64,000 nucleotides of DNA from Smithella sp. (GTDB taxonomy: Bacteria > Desulfobacterota > Syntrophia > Syntrophales > Smithellaceae): contig JBEKRZ010000001.1 in the NCBI GenBank assembly GCA_049517435.1, forward strand, positions 409 to 64,408. The letters run 5' to 3'. Every line of letters starts with the position of its first letter. Position 1 is the stretch's first letter. A model generated the notes under the pieces. That model made no database searches and had not been told where the DNA came from. It saw nothing but the letters and a program-made list of their open reading frames with translations. Positions 9,738 to 20,999 of the stretch are shown in pieces. The translations under genes were made by a program, and so were the position numbers.

Positions 9738-11099
9738 ATGGACATTATGAGTGAAAAAATTAAAAATAAATACTTGTATATTCAGACATTTGGTTGTCAA
9801 ATGAACGTTCACGATTCGGAACAGATGGCGGCTTTGCTAGCCGGTAGCGGTTACAAACTAACCGACAATATCAAGCTGGCTGATTTAATTCTGCTCAACA
9901 CTTGCTCCATCAGGGAGAAAGCGGCACATAAAGTCTATAGTAAACTGGGAAGGATCAGCAAGCTAAAAGAACAAAATCCGGAATTGATTATTGGTGTGGG
10001 CGGTTGTTTGGCGCAGCATTTGGGAACAAAATTTCATAAAAAAGTGGGGTATCTGGACTTTGTTTTTGGTACGCACAATATTCATCGTTTGCCTCAAATG
10101 GTTGCCTCTGTCCGGAAGAAAAGGAGAAAAATTACCGAAATTGATTTTCACAAGTCTTTAAATTCCATCGGTATTTTTGCTCCACCGCAAAGCGGCGCGG
10201 TCAGTGTTTTTGTAACGATTATGCAAGGGTGCAATAATTTCTGCGCCTACTGCGTGGTTCCTTATCTGCGCGGACCGGAGATGAGCAGACCGCCTGATGA
10301 TATAATTGAGGAAATAAAAGAGCTTGCAGATTATGGCATCAGAGAAGTTACTCTTTTGGGACAAAACGTTAATTCCTATGGCAAAACACTGGCTAATGGA
10401 TTGAATTTTGCGGCTTTGATTAAAAAAATCGGCAAAATTTCTGGTATCCAACGAATCAGATTTACTACATCACATCCGCGTGACCTCTCTGATGAATTGA
10501 TCCGCTGTTTTGCCGAAGAAGAGAAATTATGCGAGCATATTCATCTGCCGGTGCAATCAGGATCAAACCGGATATTGGCATTAATGAACAGGGGCTACAC
10601 AGTAGAAGAATACATGAAAAAAGTTGATCATTTACGTAAATTGAATTCGCAGATAAGCATTACTTCGGACATTATAGTCGGCTTTCCGGGAGAAACACAA
10701 AATGATTATCAAGAAACCATTGACATGATGGAAAAAATCAGGTTTGATTCTACGTTTTCATTTATGTATTCTGAAAGAAAAGGGACTGCGGCGCAAAAGT
10801 TAGAGGGAAAAGTTGAAGAATCCGAGAAGGCAAGAAGGCTCGAACAACTGCAGATTCTACAGGATCAGCATACACTGGAAAAAAACACAGCTTTGGAAAA
10901 TAGCCGACAGGAATTATTAGTTGAAGGGGAAAGCAGGAATTCTGAGAATGATTTAATGGGAAGAACCAGTTCCTGGAGAATTGTCAATTTTAAAGGTGAA
11001 TTGGAATTGATCGGCAAATTGGTGGATGTGAAAATATCAAAAGCTTATTTACATTCGTTAAGAGGAAAATTGATTAAGGAGGTTGGTAATGTTAATTGA
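9738..11099 (+). CDS. miaB: tRNA-2-methylthio-N6-dimethylallyladenosine synthase (radical SAM methylthiotransferase).
   Basis: It has a UPF0004 domain (TFGCQMNVHDSE), a radical SAM CNNFCAYC motif, and a C-terminal TRAM domain. Confidence 0.92.
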   Translation: MDIMSEKIKNKYLYIQTFGCQMNVHDSEQMAALLAGSGYKLTDNIKLADLILLNTCSIREKAAHKVYSKLGRISKLKEQNPELIIGVGGCLAQHLGTKFHKKVGYLDFVFGTHNIHRLPQMVASVRKKRRKITEIDFHKSLNSIGIFAPPQSGAVSVFVTIMQGCNNFCAYCVVPYLRGPEMSRPPDDIIEEIKELADYGIREVTLLGQNVNSYGKTLANGLNFAALIKKIGKISGIQRIRFTTSHPRDLSDELIRCFAEEEKLCEHIHLPVQSGSNRILALMNRGYTVEEYMKKVDHLRKLNSQISITSDIIVGFPGETQNDYQETIDMMEKIRFDSTFSFMYSERKGTAAQKLEGKVEESEKARRLEQLQILQDQHTLEKNTALENSRQELLVEGESRNSENDLMGRTSSWRIVNFKGELELIGKLVDVKISKAYLHSLRGKLIKEVGNVN

Positions 11100-11589
11100 A
11101 ATGAAAGTTTCGGGATTGACCATTGATCCTATTACCAATACGCCCATCGTAATATTGAAAGATATGCAGGAGAGTAAAGCCATCCCGATCTGGATAGGTT
11201 TGTTTGAAGCCAGTGCTATTGCTACGGAACTGGGGAAAATTATTTTTCCCCGGCCGATGACCCATGATTTGTTTAACGAATTTTTGAAATCTTTAAACGT
11301 GACTGTAAATAGAATTGAGATTGTGGATATTCGCAGCAATACTTTTTTTGCTAATATTTATTTAACCAGGGAAGGGCAAGATTTTACGATTGATGCTCGT
11401 CCCAGTGATGCTATTGCTATAGCGCTACGTGCACATGCGCCGATATTTGTCGATGAAGAGGTCATTGAAAAATCGCGTAATGTTGATTTTGGGATTAAAC
11501 TCAGTGATTTAGATAAATTAAAAGATGATAAAATTAAAGAATTTCTGGAAAATCTTTCGATGGAAGATTTCGGTAAGTATAAGATGTAA
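11083..11589 (+). CDS. Bifunctional nuclease (BFN/DUF151) family protein with a UVR-like C-terminus.
   Basis: It has DPITNTPIVILKD, RPMTHDL and ARPSDAIALAL motifs. It overlaps the miaB stop, which suggests translational coupling. Confidence 0.75.
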   Translation: MVMLIEMKVSGLTIDPITNTPIVILKDMQESKAIPIWIGLFEASAIATELGKIIFPRPMTHDLFNEFLKSLNVTVNRIEIVDIRSNTFFANIYLTREGQDFTIDARPSDAIAIALRAHAPIFVDEEVIEKSRNVDFGIKLSDLDKLKDDKIKEFLENLSMEDFGKYKM

Positions 11590-11590
11590 T

Positions 11591-11760
11591 GAGTCCCAAG
11601 TTTCAGAAGCGTAGCGCACTGAAATTTGCTTGACGAATTATCCCCGAAGCGGAGTGGAGTGGGATTTGAGTCCCAAGTTTCAGAAGCGTAGCGCACTGAA
11701 ATTTGCTTGACGAATTATCCCCGAAGCGGAGTGGAGTGGGATTTGAGCCCCAAGTTTCAG
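11591..11760 (-). repeat. Tandem array (2.2 copies, 77-nt period) of modular hairpin repeat units.
   Basis: The unit GAGTCCCAAGTTTCAGAAGCGTAGCGCACTGAAATTTGCTTGACGAATTATCCCCGAAGCGGAGTGGAGTGGGATTT starts at 11591, 11668 and 11745 (the last copy is truncated). Confidence 0.9.
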
Positions 11761-11799
11761 AAGTTAAGTTAAGTTAAGTTAAGTTAAGTTAAGTTAAGT
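11761..11799. repeat. Pentanucleotide microsatellite (AAGTT), about 7.8 copies.
   Basis: The sequence reads AAGTTAAGTTAAGTTAAGTTAAGTTAAGTTAAGTTAAGT, directly abutting the 77-nt array and about 40 nt upstream of the xerC ATG. Confidence 0.95.
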
Positions 11800-11840
11800 G
11801 GCACTATCGTTATGTCTGATAACTAGCTGGTATAAATATT

Positions 11841-12758
11841 ATGGGAAACATAATTCAAGATTTTAAAATTTATTTGGAAGTGGAAAGAAATGTTTCTGCG
11901 CATACGCGAGTAGCTTATATTGCCGATATTCAGGAATTCGCCCGCTTCCTGCATAATAACAATTTTATAAAAAGCCAGTATGAAATAATTAACGTGGAGC
12001 CGGAAAATATTCGGGAATATTTAAGCTACCTGTATAGCCAAAAGGTAAAAAAAGTTACGGTTAACCGCAAGGTATCGTCACTGAGAGCTTTTTATAAATA
12101 TGTGTTACGTACCGGTAAAATTAAAAATAATCCGGCAGAAATGATCCAAACTTTAAAAACAGAAAAATATATGCCGACTTTTCTTTCTGTTGATGAAATG
12201 TTTGAGCTTCTAAAAGTACGGGATGGGAATTCAGCTTTGGGTTTGCGTAATCGTGCTATGTTGGAAATATTTTATTCTTCAGGATTGCGTCTCAGTGAAT
12301 TAGCCGGATTGGATTTAATTGATCTTGATTTTAATCAAAAACTCGTTAAGGTGAGAGGTAAAGGAAGAAAAGAAAGGATAGCTCCCATTGGCGGACCAGC
12401 CATAAAAGCTGTTCAGGAATATTTAGAAAAGATCGGAGATATAAGAAAAGATACAAATAGTGATATTTTTAAAAAACCATTATTTTTAAATGCCCGGGGT
12501 GAAAGGATAACGACAAGAAGTATTGCCCGTATAGTTAATGAAATAACCAGCAAAAGCGGTATTGGACGGAAAATCAGTCCGCATGCCCTGAGACACAGTT
12601 TTGCCACACATCTCTTAAACGCCGGAGCTGATTTGCGTTCGATTCAGGAATTACTGGGGCATGAAAGTCTTTCGACGACGCAAAAATATACAGCGGTAAA
12701 TATTAATCGCATGATGGAAATTTACGATAAAGCCCATCCACGAAATAGGAAGAGTTGA
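11841..12758 (+). CDS. xerC: Site-specific tyrosine recombinase XerC/XerD family.
   Basis: It has HALRHSFATHLL and LLGHESLSTTQKYTAV motifs. Its position upstream of hslVU mirrors the codV/xerC-hslV-hslU arrangement. Confidence 0.8.
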   Translation: MGNIIQDFKIYLEVERNVSAHTRVAYIADIQEFARFLHNNNFIKSQYEIINVEPENIREYLSYLYSQKVKKVTVNRKVSSLRAFYKYVLRTGKIKNNPAEMIQTLKTEKYMPTFLSVDEMFELLKVRDGNSALGLRNRAMLEIFYSSGLRLSELAGLDLIDLDFNQKLVKVRGKGRKERIAPIGGPAIKAVQEYLEKIGDIRKDTNSDIFKKPLFLNARGERITTRSIARIVNEITSKSGIGRKISPHALRHSFATHLLNAGADLRSIQELLGHESLSTTQKYTAVNINRMMEIYDKAHPRNRKS

Positions 12759-12785
12759 TAGCCGGGTTTTATTTGAGGAGAAAAA

Positions 12786-13370
12786 ATGAAAATAAGGAGC
12801 ACCACAATATTAGCAGTCAAGCATAATGGCAAGGTAACAGTAGCCGGTGATGGCCAGGTTACGTTGGATACTACAGTATTGAAACACGGTGCCCGCAAGG
12901 TTCGCCGTCTTTATAATGATGAAGTTATAGTAGGTTTTGCCGGTGCTACAGCGGACGCATTTACTTTATTTGACCGGTTTGATCAAAAGTTGGAGCAATA
13001 CAACGGCAATTTGCTGCGAGCAGCAGTGGAATTAACGAAAGATTGGCGGACAGACCGCGTTTTAAGACATTTAGAAGCGTTGATGATTGCCGTAAACAAA
13101 GATAAATCGCTGATTATTTCAGGTAATGGAGATGTCATTGAAGCTGACGATGATGTTATGGCCATCGGATCTGGCGGACCTTTTGCGCAGGCGGCGGCTC
13201 GCGCGCTGGTGCGTCACAGCAATCTGTCATCAACAGAAATTGCTAAAGAAGCCATGAAAATAGCGGCGGAAATTTGTATTTATACTAATGACCATGTAAC
13301 ACTGGAAGAAATAGATATTGATATGGAAGCAAAGGAAAGAAAAAACAGTAAGGATAAGGGGAAAAAGTAA
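12786..13370 (+). CDS. hslV: ATP-dependent protease subunit HslV.
   Basis: It has an N-terminal [21 protein letters not shown] with the Thr nucleophile after Met/propeptide, and a lysine-rich C-terminal tail. Confidence 0.93.
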   Translation: MKIRSTTILAVKHNGKVTVAGDGQVTLDTTVLKHGARKVRRLYNDEVIVGFAGATADAFTLFDRFDQKLEQYNGNLLRAAVELTKDWRTDRVLRHLEALMIAVNKDKSLIISGNGDVIEADDDVMAIGSGGPFAQAAARALVRHSNLSSTEIAKEAMKIAAEICIYTNDHVTLEEIDIDMEAKERKNSKDKGKK

Positions 13371-13373
13371 AGT

Positions 13374-14768
13374 ATGTCTAATAATGGGTTAACACCCCGC
13401 GAGATAGTGGAAAAATTAGATCGGCACATAATCGGTCAGTCTGATGCGAAAAGGGCTGTAGCTATTGCGTTGCGCAACAGATGGCGGAGGCAAAACGTGC
13501 CGGAGGATCTGGCTGATGAGATTTCGCCTAAAAATATTATCATGATCGGTCCTACCGGAGTAGGTAAAACAGAAATTGCCCGCAGGTTAGCCAAATTGGA
13601 TAATTCTCCTTTTTTAAAAATAGAGGCATCCAAATTTACCGAAGTCGGCTATGTGGGACGCGACGTCGAATCCATGATCCGGGATCTGGTTGAATTGTCC
13701 CTGAATATGGTTAAATCAGAAGAGCAGGAACATGTTCGAACGAGAGCGGCGGAAATTGCGGAGGAAAAATTGCTCGATCTGTTGCTTCCTCCGCGGCCTA
13801 AAGAAAAAATGGTTAGCGATATGCTGACTAATTCCGATGAAACAGATGAAAAGGATCAACATGCTGAAGATCATGGACAGAAGCCTGATGCCACGCGGGA
13901 AAAATTAAGACACTTGCTTAAGGAAAACAAACTCGACAAGCGGTTAGTGAATCTGGAAGTTACCGAAACCAGAAGCGGCCCCATGATCGAAATATTTTCC
14001 GCCGCGGGAATGGAAGATATGGGGCTCAATGTCAGAGACATGTTAGGAAACGTATTTCCGCAAAAAAAGAAAATAAAAACGGTAAAAGTACCGGAAGCCT
14101 TGGAAATCCTGGCGGAAGAAGAAGCGCAAAAGTTAATCGATATGGATAAGGTGACGAAAACAGCGCTGGAAAGAGTTGAACAATCGGGTATAATTTTCCT
14201 GGATGAAATTGATAAGATTGTCGGCAGCGATGCATCCCATGGGCCGGACGTATCACGTGAAGGCGTGCAAAGAGATTTACTGCCAATCGTGGAAGGTTCC
14301 AACGTTAATACCCGCTATGGAATGGTCAAAACAGATCACATTCTTTTTATTGCCGCGGGCGCGTTTACTTCTTCCAAGCCTTCCGATTTGATTCCGGAAT
14401 TGCAGGGACGTTTTCCCATCCGTGTCGAGCTTGATTCGTTGGGTAAAGCAGACTTTATCCGTATTTTAACTGAGCCCAATAATGCCTTGGTCAAACAATA
14501 TACGGAAATGATGGCGACAGAAGGCCTGAAATTATCATTTACAGAGGAAGCCATAGCTTCCATTGCGGAAGTTGCGACAGTGGTCAACGAAAGAACGGAA
14601 AATATCGGCGCCAGAAGGCTCTATACAATTATGGAAACTTTATTGGATGAAATTTCTTTTGAAGCACCCGATATGCAAAAAAAAGAAATAATAATAGATG
14701 CCCAACAAGTGGAAGAAAAGCTCAATGAGATAATAGAAGATGAGGATTTAAGCCGGTACATTTTGTAA
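13374..14768 (+). CDS. hslU: ATP-dependent protease ATPase subunit HslU.
   Basis: It has [17 protein letters not shown], a Walker [16 protein letters not shown], and an AAA+ fold with an I-domain. Confidence 0.95.
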   Translation: MSNNGLTPREIVEKLDRHIIGQSDAKRAVAIALRNRWRRQNVPEDLADEISPKNIIMIGPTGVGKTEIARRLAKLDNSPFLKIEASKFTEVGYVGRDVESMIRDLVELSLNMVKSEEQEHVRTRAAEIAEEKLLDLLLPPRPKEKMVSDMLTNSDETDEKDQHAEDHGQKPDATREKLRHLLKENKLDKRLVNLEVTETRSGPMIEIFSAAGMEDMGLNVRDMLGNVFPQKKKIKTVKVPEALEILAEEEAQKLIDMDKVTKTALERVEQSGIIFLDEIDKIVGSDASHGPDVSREGVQRDLLPIVEGSNVNTRYGMVKTDHILFIAAGAFTSSKPSDLIPELQGRFPIRVELDSLGKADFIRILTEPNNALVKQYTEMMATEGLKLSFTEEAIASIAEVATVVNERTENIGARRLYTIMETLLDEISFEAPDMQKKEIIIDAQQVEEKLNEIIEDEDLSRYIL

Positions 14769-14790
14769 AAAAGAAAGTTATATTTGAACT

Positions 14791-14866
14791 TTAATCCCGA
14801 TACGCTTCGCTATCGGGATTAATTCGACTAAAAATTTTTACTTCTCCCGCAATCCTGCGGGATTGA
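14791..14866 (+). repeat. Short member of the modular hairpin repeat family, downstream of hslU.
   Basis: It contains the hairpin AATCCCGATA-(CGCTTCGC)-TATCGGGATT followed by TAATTCGAC, and a second hairpin CCCGCA-ATCC-TGCGGG. The modules are shared with 23401 and 21873. Confidence 0.6.
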
Positions 14867-14887
14867 AAAATTAAGTCTCATTAATAA

Positions 14888-15790
<903 letters not shown>

Positions 15791-15807
15791 TTAAACAATT
15801 AAAAAAG

Positions 15808-17010
15808 ATGTGTAAGAAAATGAAAGAAAAAAAAATAATGGCTTTGGCCGATGAAAACATAATGAATACTTACAAGCGCTTTCCGATAGTTTTGGTGAAA
15901 GGTTCAGGCGCAAAAGTATGGGATGCCAATGGCAAAGAATATCTTGATTTTGCCGCCGGGATAGCAGTTTGTAATCTGGGGCACTCACATCCGCAGGTAA
16001 TTGCCGCTGTAAAGGAACAGATAGAAAACTTAACGCATGTTTCCAATTTGTATTATACTGAACCGCAGGCTCAATTGGCAAAACTGCTGGTTGATAATTC
16101 TTTTGCTGATAAAGTGTTTTTCTGCAACAGCGGGGCGGAAGCAAATGAAGCGGCAATCAAGCTGGCGCGAAAATATGCCCATGAAAATATGGGACCGGAT
16201 AAATTTGAATTAATCACGATGAAGGATTCCTTTCATGGCCGGACTATGGCCACAATCACGGCCACCGGACAAGAAAAATTCCAATTTGGATTTACGCCGC
16301 TGCTGGAAGGTTTTACATATGTTCCTTTTAATGATTTACAGGCTTTGGAAGCAAAGATATCCAACAAAACTTGTGGTATAATGATAGAGCCGATTCAGGG
16401 CGAAGGCGGTGTCAACATTCCTGATGATAATTATTTAACACAAGTGCGGGAAATTTGTGATCGTCATGGGATTTTGTTAATCGTCGACGAAGTTCAAACC
16501 GGTATGGGCCGGACAGGAAAATTTTTTGCGTACGAACATTCAGGGATAAAACCGGATATTATGACATTAGCGAAAGCTTTGGGTAACGGTTTTCCCGTAG
16601 GCGCGATGCTGGCGACTGATAAGATTGCCCAAGCTTTTATTCCCGGTAATCATGCTTCTACTTTTGGCGGTAATCCTTTGGCTATGTCTGCGGCGAACGC
16701 GACTGTAAAAACGATGCTGCAGGAAGATATATTAGAGCACTGTCGGGAAATGGGCGATTATTTTTTATTACAATTAAAGAATCTGCAACAAAAACATGAG
16801 ATCATCAAAGAAGTCAGGGGAAAGGGCTTGATGCTCGCGGCACAACTAAATATCGAAAGTGGCGATATTGTAAATGAATGCCTGCAACGGGGATTACTCA
16901 TCATTTCTGCCGGCGGCAAGACGTTGCGTTTTGTTCCACCGCTGATTATTACTACTCAGGACATCGATCAAGCAACTAAAGTGCTGGACGAAGTGATGGA
17001 GGGTAAATGA
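15808..17010 (+). CDS. argD: Acetylornithine aminotransferase.
   Basis: It is a class III PLP aminotransferase with DEVQTGMGRTGK and a PLP-lysine context TLAKALGNG. The likely start is the ATG at 15838. Confidence 0.9.
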   Translation: MCKKMKEKKIMALADENIMNTYKRFPIVLVKGSGAKVWDANGKEYLDFAAGIAVCNLGHSHPQVIAAVKEQIENLTHVSNLYYTEPQAQLAKLLVDNSFADKVFFCNSGAEANEAAIKLARKYAHENMGPDKFELITMKDSFHGRTMATITATGQEKFQFGFTPLLEGFTYVPFNDLQALEAKISNKTCGIMIEPIQGEGGVNIPDDNYLTQVREICDRHGILLIVDEVQTGMGRTGKFFAYEHSGIKPDIMTLAKALGNGFPVGAMLATDKIAQAFIPGNHASTFGGNPLAMSAANATVKTMLQEDILEHCREMGDYFLLQLKNLQQKHEIIKEVRGKGLMLAAQLNIESGDIVNECLQRGLLIISAGGKTLRFVPPLIITTQDIDQATKVLDEVMEGK

Positions 17011-17915
17011 AAAAGGATTTGTTAAGCGTTTACGAACTGGAAACGGCAGATTTTGACATAATCTGGAAAAAAGCCGCCAGACTAAAGAAACTTTTGAAAG
17101 AAGGAAAAGAACACGCATCTCTCAAAGGAAAAACTTTGGGAATGATTTTTGATAAATCTTCCACCCGAACAAGGATCTCCTTTGAAGTAGGTATGTATCA
17201 GTTAGGCGGGATTGCCTTATTTTTAAATTCCCGCGATACGCAAATAGGCCGCGGTGAAAGTATTTCCGATACCGCCCGCATGATGTCACGTTATTTGAAC
17301 GGAATTATGATCAGGACATTTGCCCAGGACAGTGTGGAAGAATTTGCCCGTTGTGCTTCAATTCCGGTGATTAATGGTTTGACCGATCTTTTACATCCCT
17401 GTCAAATTCTGAGCGACTTATTTACGATAAAGGAAAAAAGGGGATCTTACGATAAGTTGAAGATAACTTATATCGGCGACGGCAACAACGTTGCCAATAC
17501 ATGGATTGAAGCGGCCGCCAGATTACCAATTGAGTTAGCATTAGCTTGTCCGGAAGGTTATGATCCGGACAAGAAAATAATGGCTAAGGGAAAAAAAGAA
17601 GCGAAAGAAGGCATTACCATTTATCGTGACCCACTGGAGGCTGCGATAAATGCCGATGTTTTGTACACTGATGTATGGGTAAGCATGGGGCAGGAATCCG
17701 AACATGAAGAAAGAAAAGAAATATTTAAGAATTACCAGATCAACAAAAAACTTTTAAAAGAAGCCAAAAAAGACGCGATTGTAATGCATTGTCTGCCGGC
17801 GCACCGTGGAGAGGAAATTTCTTCCGATGTTATCGACGGTCCTCAATCGGTTGTTATTGATCAGGCGGAAAACCGCCTGCATGTGCAAAAGGCAATTCTG
17901 GAAATGTTACTTTAG
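17007..17915 (+). CDS. argF: Ornithine carbamoyltransferase.
   Basis: It has the motifs STRTR, HPCQ and HCLPAHRGEE, and an ATGA overlap with argD. Confidence 0.93.
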   Translation: MKKDLLSVYELETADFDIIWKKAARLKKLLKEGKEHASLKGKTLGMIFDKSSTRTRISFEVGMYQLGGIALFLNSRDTQIGRGESISDTARMMSRYLNGIMIRTFAQDSVEEFARCASIPVINGLTDLLHPCQILSDLFTIKEKRGSYDKLKITYIGDGNNVANTWIEAAARLPIELALACPEGYDPDKKIMAKGKKEAKEGITIYRDPLEAAINADVLYTDVWVSMGQESEHEERKEIFKNYQINKKLLKEAKKDAIVMHCLPAHRGEEISSDVIDGPQSVVIDQAENRLHVQKAILEMLL

Positions 17916-17927
17916 GAGGAACAAAAA

Positions 17928-19142
17928 TTGTCAGCAAAAGTTAGAAAAATTGTTTTGGCTTATTCGGGTGGACTGGATACATCGGTAATTGTGCGCTGGT
18001 TGATCGAAACTTATAAATGTGAAGTTATTTGTTTTGCTGCTGATGTGGGACAGAAAGAGGAATTAACCGGCTTAAAAGAGAAGGCCATCAATACTGGAGC
18101 CAGTAAAATATATATTGATGATTTAAGGGAAGAGTTCGCGCGGGATTTTGTTTTTCCTGCACTGCGCGCCAACGCGATTTATGAAGGAACCTATCTTTTG
18201 GGTACATCTTTGGCAAGGCCGTTGATAGCCAAGAGGCAAATCGAAATAGCGAAACTGGAAGGCGCGGATACAGTATCACACGGCGCGACAGGTAAGGGTA
18301 ATGATCAGGTCCGGTTCGAACTTACTTACCTTGCTTTAAATCCGGCGATTAAAATTATCGCGGCGTGGAGAGATGATAACTGGAAATTCGATTCCAGGGA
18401 ATCAATGATTAATTATGCCGCAAAGCATAAAATTCCTATTCCGTTGACTAAATCAAAGCCTTATAGCTCTGATCGTAATCTTTTGCACATCTCGCATGAA
18501 GGAGGAATTCTGGAAGATCCCTGGGCGGAAGCACCGGAAGATATTTTTGTGCTGACTAAATCTCCTGAAGCGGCGCCGGATAAACCCACATATGTGGAAA
18601 TTGATTTTAAAAAGGGAAATCCTGTGGCTGTCAATGGGAAAAAAATGTCACCGGCAAGACTCATGGACTATATGAATACGATTGCCGGGGCCAATGGCAT
18701 TGGCCGCGTGGATATGGTGGAAAATCGTTTTGTCGGGATGAAATCAAGAGGTGTGTACGAAACTCCCGGCGGTACTGTGCTCTGGGCAGCTCATCGTGCT
18801 GTTGAATCTATTACGATGGATCGCGAAGTCATGATGATGCGTGATTCGCTGATGCCGAAATATGCCCAGCTTGCTTATAATGGTTTCTGGTATTCACCGG
18901 AAATGAAAACTCTCCAGACTTATATCGATGCAACGCAGGAAAATGTGACCGGTACCGCGCGAATGAAATTGTACAAAGGAAACTGTATTGTTGCAGGACG
19001 CAGATCGCCTTATTCTCTGTACAATGAGGCGTTTGCTACTTTTGAAAAGGATCAGGTTTATAATCAAAAGGATGCAACTGGATTCATCAAATTGAATGGA
19101 TTGCGTTTGATAATCCAAAATATATTAAGGAATAAACTCTAA
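17928..19142 (+). CDS. argG: Argininosuccinate synthase.
   Basis: It has AYSGGLDTS and [13 protein letters not shown] signatures. Confidence 0.95.
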   Translation: MSAKVRKIVLAYSGGLDTSVIVRWLIETYKCEVICFAADVGQKEELTGLKEKAINTGASKIYIDDLREEFARDFVFPALRANAIYEGTYLLGTSLARPLIAKRQIEIAKLEGADTVSHGATGKGNDQVRFELTYLALNPAIKIIAAWRDDNWKFDSRESMINYAAKHKIPIPLTKSKPYSSDRNLLHISHEGGILEDPWAEAPEDIFVLTKSPEAAPDKPTYVEIDFKKGNPVAVNGKKMSPARLMDYMNTIAGANGIGRVDMVENRFVGMKSRGVYETPGGTVLWAAHRAVESITMDREVMMMRDSLMPKYAQLAYNGFWYSPEMKTLQTYIDATQENVTGTARMKLYKGNCIVAGRRSPYSLYNEAFATFEKDQVYNQKDATGFIKLNGLRLIIQNILRNKL

Positions 19143-19144
19143 CT

Positions 19145-20548
19145 ATGCGGAGAAAATGCATGGCTACCAGTAAAAAACCATGGAGTGGTCGATTTCAAAA
19201 ACCTACAGCGAGAAATGTAGAAAAATTCACATCCTCCATTCATTACGACCGGAGACTTTATCCTTACGATATCGAAGGTTCAGTTGCCCATGCCACTATG
19301 CTGGCCGAACAGAACATAATATCTAAAGATGAAGCGGTAAAGATTGTATCTGCTCTGAAAAATATTTTAAAAGATATAGAAAAAGGCAAAATTACCTTTA
19401 ATCCGGCTGACGAAGATATTCACATGGCTATAGAAAGGGAACTGATCAATCGTATTGGTGAAGTAGGAGGAAAACTTCACTCAGCAAGGAGCCGCAATGA
19501 TCAAATAGTATTAGATGTTAGGCTTTTCCTGCGGACGGAAATTAAAAATATTCTTGATCTTGTCAATAATCTGCAGGTACAGTTGATTAAAATGGCAAAA
19601 AGTGAAATTAAGACGATTATGCCCGGCTACACGCATATGCAAAAGGCTCAGCCGGTATTGCTTTCTCACTATTTTCTTGCGTTTGGAGAAATGTTTGCAC
19701 GTGACGCCCAAAGATTAAATGATTGTAAAAACAGGCTCAATGTTTTACCATTAGGCGCCGTTGCCTTAGCCGGTACGAGTTTGCCTATTAATCGCCAGCG
19801 AACGGCGAAAATATTAAATTTCCCGACAGTCAGTAAAAACAGTATGGACACGGTTGCGGACAGGGATTTCATAGCGGAATTTATTTTTGCGTCATCACTG
19901 GTAATGATGCATCTGAGCCGCTTTTGTGAAGATTTGGTTTTGTGGTCTTCGGATGAATTTGGCTTTGTTGAAATATCCGACGCCTATACCACAGGCAGCA
20001 GCATCATGCCGCAGAAGAAGAATCCCGATGTGGCGGAGTTGATCAGAGGTAAAACCGCTCGGGTTTATGGTGATCTTTTTGCGATAATGACTATTCTCAA
20101 AGGGTTACCCATGGCTTATAACCGGGACTTGCAGGAAGATAAGGAACCCCTGTTTGACGCTGTAGATACAGTAAAAGATTGTTTGGCAATCTTTACAGAA
20201 ATGATAAAATACACAAAGTTTAATGCTGCAAAGATGTATGCAGCAGCAAAGGGAGGATTTTCCATGGCGACCGATGTCGCTGAGTATCTGGTTGAAAAGG
20301 GTTTGCCTTTCCGCCGGGCGCACGAAATTGTCGGAAACATCGTCGCTTATTGCCTGAAAAATAAAAAAGAATTGGAAAATTTGACTTTAAAAGAGTATCA
20401 GAAATTTTATAAAGGATTTACTCAGGATATTCAAATAAAAATAAAACTGGAAAATGCTGTCAATTCACGTAAACATATAGGCGGAACGGCAACGGCAGCA
20501 GTGCTGGAAAGGATCAGGGAATTTGAAAAGAGTTCCGGTAAAATATAG
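19145..20548 (+). CDS. argH: Argininosuccinate lyase.
   Basis: It has WSGRF and GSSIMPQKKNPD signatures. The likely start is the ATG at 19160. Confidence 0.94.
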   Translation: MRRKCMATSKKPWSGRFQKPTARNVEKFTSSIHYDRRLYPYDIEGSVAHATMLAEQNIISKDEAVKIVSALKNILKDIEKGKITFNPADEDIHMAIERELINRIGEVGGKLHSARSRNDQIVLDVRLFLRTEIKNILDLVNNLQVQLIKMAKSEIKTIMPGYTHMQKAQPVLLSHYFLAFGEMFARDAQRLNDCKNRLNVLPLGAVALAGTSLPINRQRTAKILNFPTVSKNSMDTVADRDFIAEFIFASSLVMMHLSRFCEDLVLWSSDEFGFVEISDAYTTGSSIMPQKKNPDVAELIRGKTARVYGDLFAIMTILKGLPMAYNRDLQEDKEPLFDAVDTVKDCLAIFTEMIKYTKFNAAKMYAAAKGGFSMATDVAEYLVEKGLPFRRAHEIVGNIVAYCLKNKKELENLTLKEYQKFYKGFTQDIQIKIKLENAVNSRKHIGGTATAAVLERIREFEKSSGKI

Positions 20549-20972
20549 CATATTTGCCTGCCTGATGACGCTGATTATTTTTACTGGCTGCGGTCTGAAA
20601 GGAAATCCGATTCCCTTATCTGCGCTGTCTGATCATCGGCAGATTGTACAAAATGTGAAAGCCGTTTCATCGGGTGATGCAGTAATATTAAAATGGGATT
20701 TCTGCGATAAAGATGAAAAAATTAATTATATTGCCATCGAGAGAAGCGAAGTCGGCAGTGCCGGAAATGAATGCAAAGATTGTCCGAGGACATTCGAACG
20801 CATAGGTCTTGTGCCGGTAAAAGAGATGAGGCTGGAAAATAAAGAATTCAATATCCTTAGTTTTACTGATAAAAAAATTGTGCAGGGAAAGATATACAAT
20901 TATCGCTTAATGCTTTGTGACGATTCCGGCGTGTGCATGGAGGGATCCGCAGCAGAAATTAATTTTAAATGA
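20523..20972 (+). CDS. Putative lipoprotein (unknown function, beta-sandwich-like C-terminus).
   Basis: It has a TTG start, a signal peptide and a lipobox LIIFTGC. It overlaps the last 26 nt of argH and sits between argH and dapA. Confidence 0.6.
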   Translation: MKRVPVKYSIFACLMTLIIFTGCGLKGNPIPLSALSDHRQIVQNVKAVSSGDAVILKWDFCDKDEKINYIAIERSEVGSAGNECKDCPRTFERIGLVPVKEMRLENKEFNILSFTDKKIVQGKIYNYRLMLCDDSGVCMEGSAAEINFK

Positions 20973-20999
20973 TAAAAATATATTTAAGGAGTTTTTGTT

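Noticed and set aside
11591-11799. Possible CRISPR array, because it shows regularly spaced repeats.
   Set aside because: The 77-nt units are contiguous with no unique spacers. The units are members of the dispersed hairpin repeat family. The AAGTT tract is a simple microsatellite, and there are no cas genes in the window.
13871-14302. The 143-aa antisense ORF inside hslU, together with similar long antisense ORFs: 29396..29938, 42313..42747, 48613..48963, 49119..49502, 57820..58938, 61152..61598 and 63549..63803.
   Set aside because: All lie fully within well-supported genes on the opposite strand. They have Ser/Pro/Arg/Cys-rich or otherwise atypical composition and no RBS, so they are shadow ORFs.
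14769-14887. Riboswitch, T-box or attenuator elements upstream of the arg operon, the cysD block, gltX, purB and nadB.
   Set aside because: I could not recognise any conserved riboswitch core or T-box specifier/antiterminator pattern. The structured sequence upstream of argB is explained by the hairpin repeat family.
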